Assembly: GCA_964270895.1 (NCBI GenBank)
Contig: OZ185436.1
Direction: 5' to 3' (one strand)
DNA length: 64,000 nt
Source: Podarcis filfolensis
Lineage: Eukaryota
Position numbers and translations under genes: made by a program. The notes beneath the pieces were generated by a model. The model had not been told where the DNA came from, did no database searches, and saw only the letters and a list, made by a program, of their open reading frames with translations. Below, in pieces: positions 61,936 through 64,000 of the stretch; position 1 is the first letter of the stretch, and every line of letters starts with the position of its first letter.

Positions 61936-64000
61936 ATTGTGTCTGTTTTCCTAAATGGTTTAGCATCCCCATCTGTGTTCTTGCAAAACGCAATGGCTAC
62001 ATTTCTCTTGACAACCTATAGGTGTTTCCCCCCATCTGTTGTAAGACAGAACAAACAGGTGAGTGAATATCCCAGTAAAGTCCTCAGTATGAAAGCTTTT
62101 GGTTATTATGGAAACAAATGAGACCCTCCAATGTTGCAGTCACTTTCTAACAGGTATGCTAACTAGTCATATTCTCCTCTAGGACACTTCATGACTCCCC
62201 ACTGTTTCCATGGTTTCTTTTCCAGTTTGACCCTCAACATTTCATGGGATAATCCACCCTCATTTGGATTCAGGGTGTTTTTTTGGGGGGTGTGTGTGTG
62301 TGTATTTTTTCCTTGTTAAGTTGTTTAAAAGAATTCTGCAAACCTTGGGATTCCCCAAAGCATGCCGATATCTCCCCCAGTGTACATGGAGTTAATATAC
62401 ACAAAAAATGTAGGTCTGTGTCTTGAGGAACCTTTGGTATGGGGTAGGCATTGTGGAAGATGGAGGAATGGAAGGAACGAGAGCCTGGATGACACAAGAG
62501 ATGCATATTAGACTTTCTACTGTGGTATTGCACATCTGTTTGAGAGATCTACCCTTTCCCCTGCACTACGATTATAGTTGCTTTCATCACAAGCAATGCA
62601 CATGATAGAAAAAAAGTACATTCCTTGGAGTTTGTTTATAGCCTTATCAGCAAATGAATAACCTTCACAGATGTCTGTCATTGGTTCTTGAGCCTATGGT
62701 TTATTACAGTGTTCCTGTTCTTTTCAATGTTTTGCATTTGCCAATCTGATTAACACGTTCTCTCTGTCCAAATCTTGGCTGAGCCAGAGCTTGACATTTT
62801 TAGCTCAGCAGGCTAAAGTTTGACAGCAGAGAGAAATTCACATTCGATATACCTGCTATGCGCTGAGTGCAAACTGGTAAAGCCATCTAAGCATCAACAT
62901 GAACCAAGCTGATGTGATGAGAAGCATAAGCACTAACCAAGCACAGGTGAGCAGCAAGCCCCACCCCTACTGAAGACCCTAGTCTGAATTGTGTGTGTGT
63001 GCGCATGCGCCAGACTGGCACTAGTAAAAGGAGTGGGACAGATCAAACTACCTGAGATGAGGTGTTTCCACATGGCTGTTTATTTCAGACTCTGTACAAC
63101 TCATGCTTATAAGTTTTTGTGATGTCTCCACAACAACATCATCAAACTTTCAGCCCACGTTTCATTTCGCTTTAACCTGGATTTCCCCTTACCACAATAA
63201 AATCCAATAAGTAAACCCCTTATCCATCTGCCATCACTGCTGATGTGAAAGTTGCTTAGTGCATTTTTTGGGTGAGTGGTCAGTTTGTCATATGTGTGGT
63301 GACATTTCTGTTGCTCCAGGCCCCCTTCCACCTGTGCAAGGCCTGTAATAATAATAGTAAAAAGTTTGGGGCTGCTTTATGTGCTGTTTCCCTTGTAAAT
63401 TAAGCTAATTCCTCACCTTCTGGACTTCTCAGACTAGTTTTCAACTTCAGCATAAAGCACGCACGAATCGAACCGTGGTGCTAAGATGGGTGAAAGGGAA
63501 TCAAATCAGCCCTGAGTTTGCTGCAAGAGGCTTTTGGAAAGGTTTTGGGGAAAAACAAAAGAAAAGGCAAGAGAGCAACCCTGCTTGCTGCCTTCTGCTG
63601 TTTCCCCACCTCCCAAATCCTTCAGTAGTAGAGAGGTTTGAAAAAAACATCAGTGAGAGGCTCAGGACTGAATTGATTTACCTCCTGCCTCAGCAACGTG
63701 ACCAGATCCTTGGATGCTTGAAGCTGAAGTTTAATGGTTGAAGAAGGCAGCAAAAATGGAATTATCTTCACTATCAGAAGCATTGGCACACACACAGGCC
63801 CCACTCAGAGCACTAAGCTGTTGCATTTTGTTTTTATTATTACATATCTTGCACAAGTGTTAAATCAGAACTGCACAATTTTTTTTTTAAAAAAGAACAA
63901 ACTGATGGCTGTCTAATCATCTAAGGTGTCTGAGGGAAGAGTGTTTAAGGAGAGGAACAAAAGCTACACATGAGATTGTACTTTGAATATCTTCTGCCCA

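Noticed and set aside
62000-64000. Expected downstream neighbour (C5orf15 by recalled synteny); NRF1-like TGCGCATGCGC at 63000-63010
   Set aside because: No CpG island or recognisable exon. A single motif at the end of a (GT)n run is not enough evidence.

Overview
Vertebrate genomic DNA from a squamate reptile. Sauria SINEs, Squam3-like SINEs, Bov-B and the MITE families suggest a lacertid lizard; the taxon is an inference. The only protein-coding gene I can support is a complete VDAC1 on the + strand. It has a CpG-island promoter and non-coding exon 1 (~36.96-38.25 kb), eight coding exons (48094-61018; 852 nt = 283 aa + stop, all GT-AG, phases consistent) and a ~0.9-kb 3'UTR with AATAAA at 61910. 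The first ~37 kb has no recognisable host gene. It is a mosaic of L1, Bov-B/RTE, L2, CR1, SINE, hAT and Tc1/mariner MITE insertions plus two solo LTRs, interleaved with unique stretches carrying TCF/LEF, RUNX and ETS motifs. By recalled amniote synteny this would be the VDAC1-TCF7 intergenic interval, which I cannot verify here. I found no convincing novel multi-gene system. The best leads are transposon-level: (1) a young 5'-truncated antisense L1 with an unbroken ~905-codon ORF2 and a perfect 17-bp TSD in the VDAC1 intron after the 53-nt exon; (2) a Bov-B insertion with an inverted 5'UTR piece (twin-priming-like); (3) two hAT MITEs inserted 1 bp apart, one carrying a palindrome with NRF1/GABP-like motifs in VDAC1 intron 1; (4) a hAT MITE with telomere-like repeats nested in Bov-B. 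Repeat family names and human comparisons come from memory and need a Dfam/Repbase search or an alignment.
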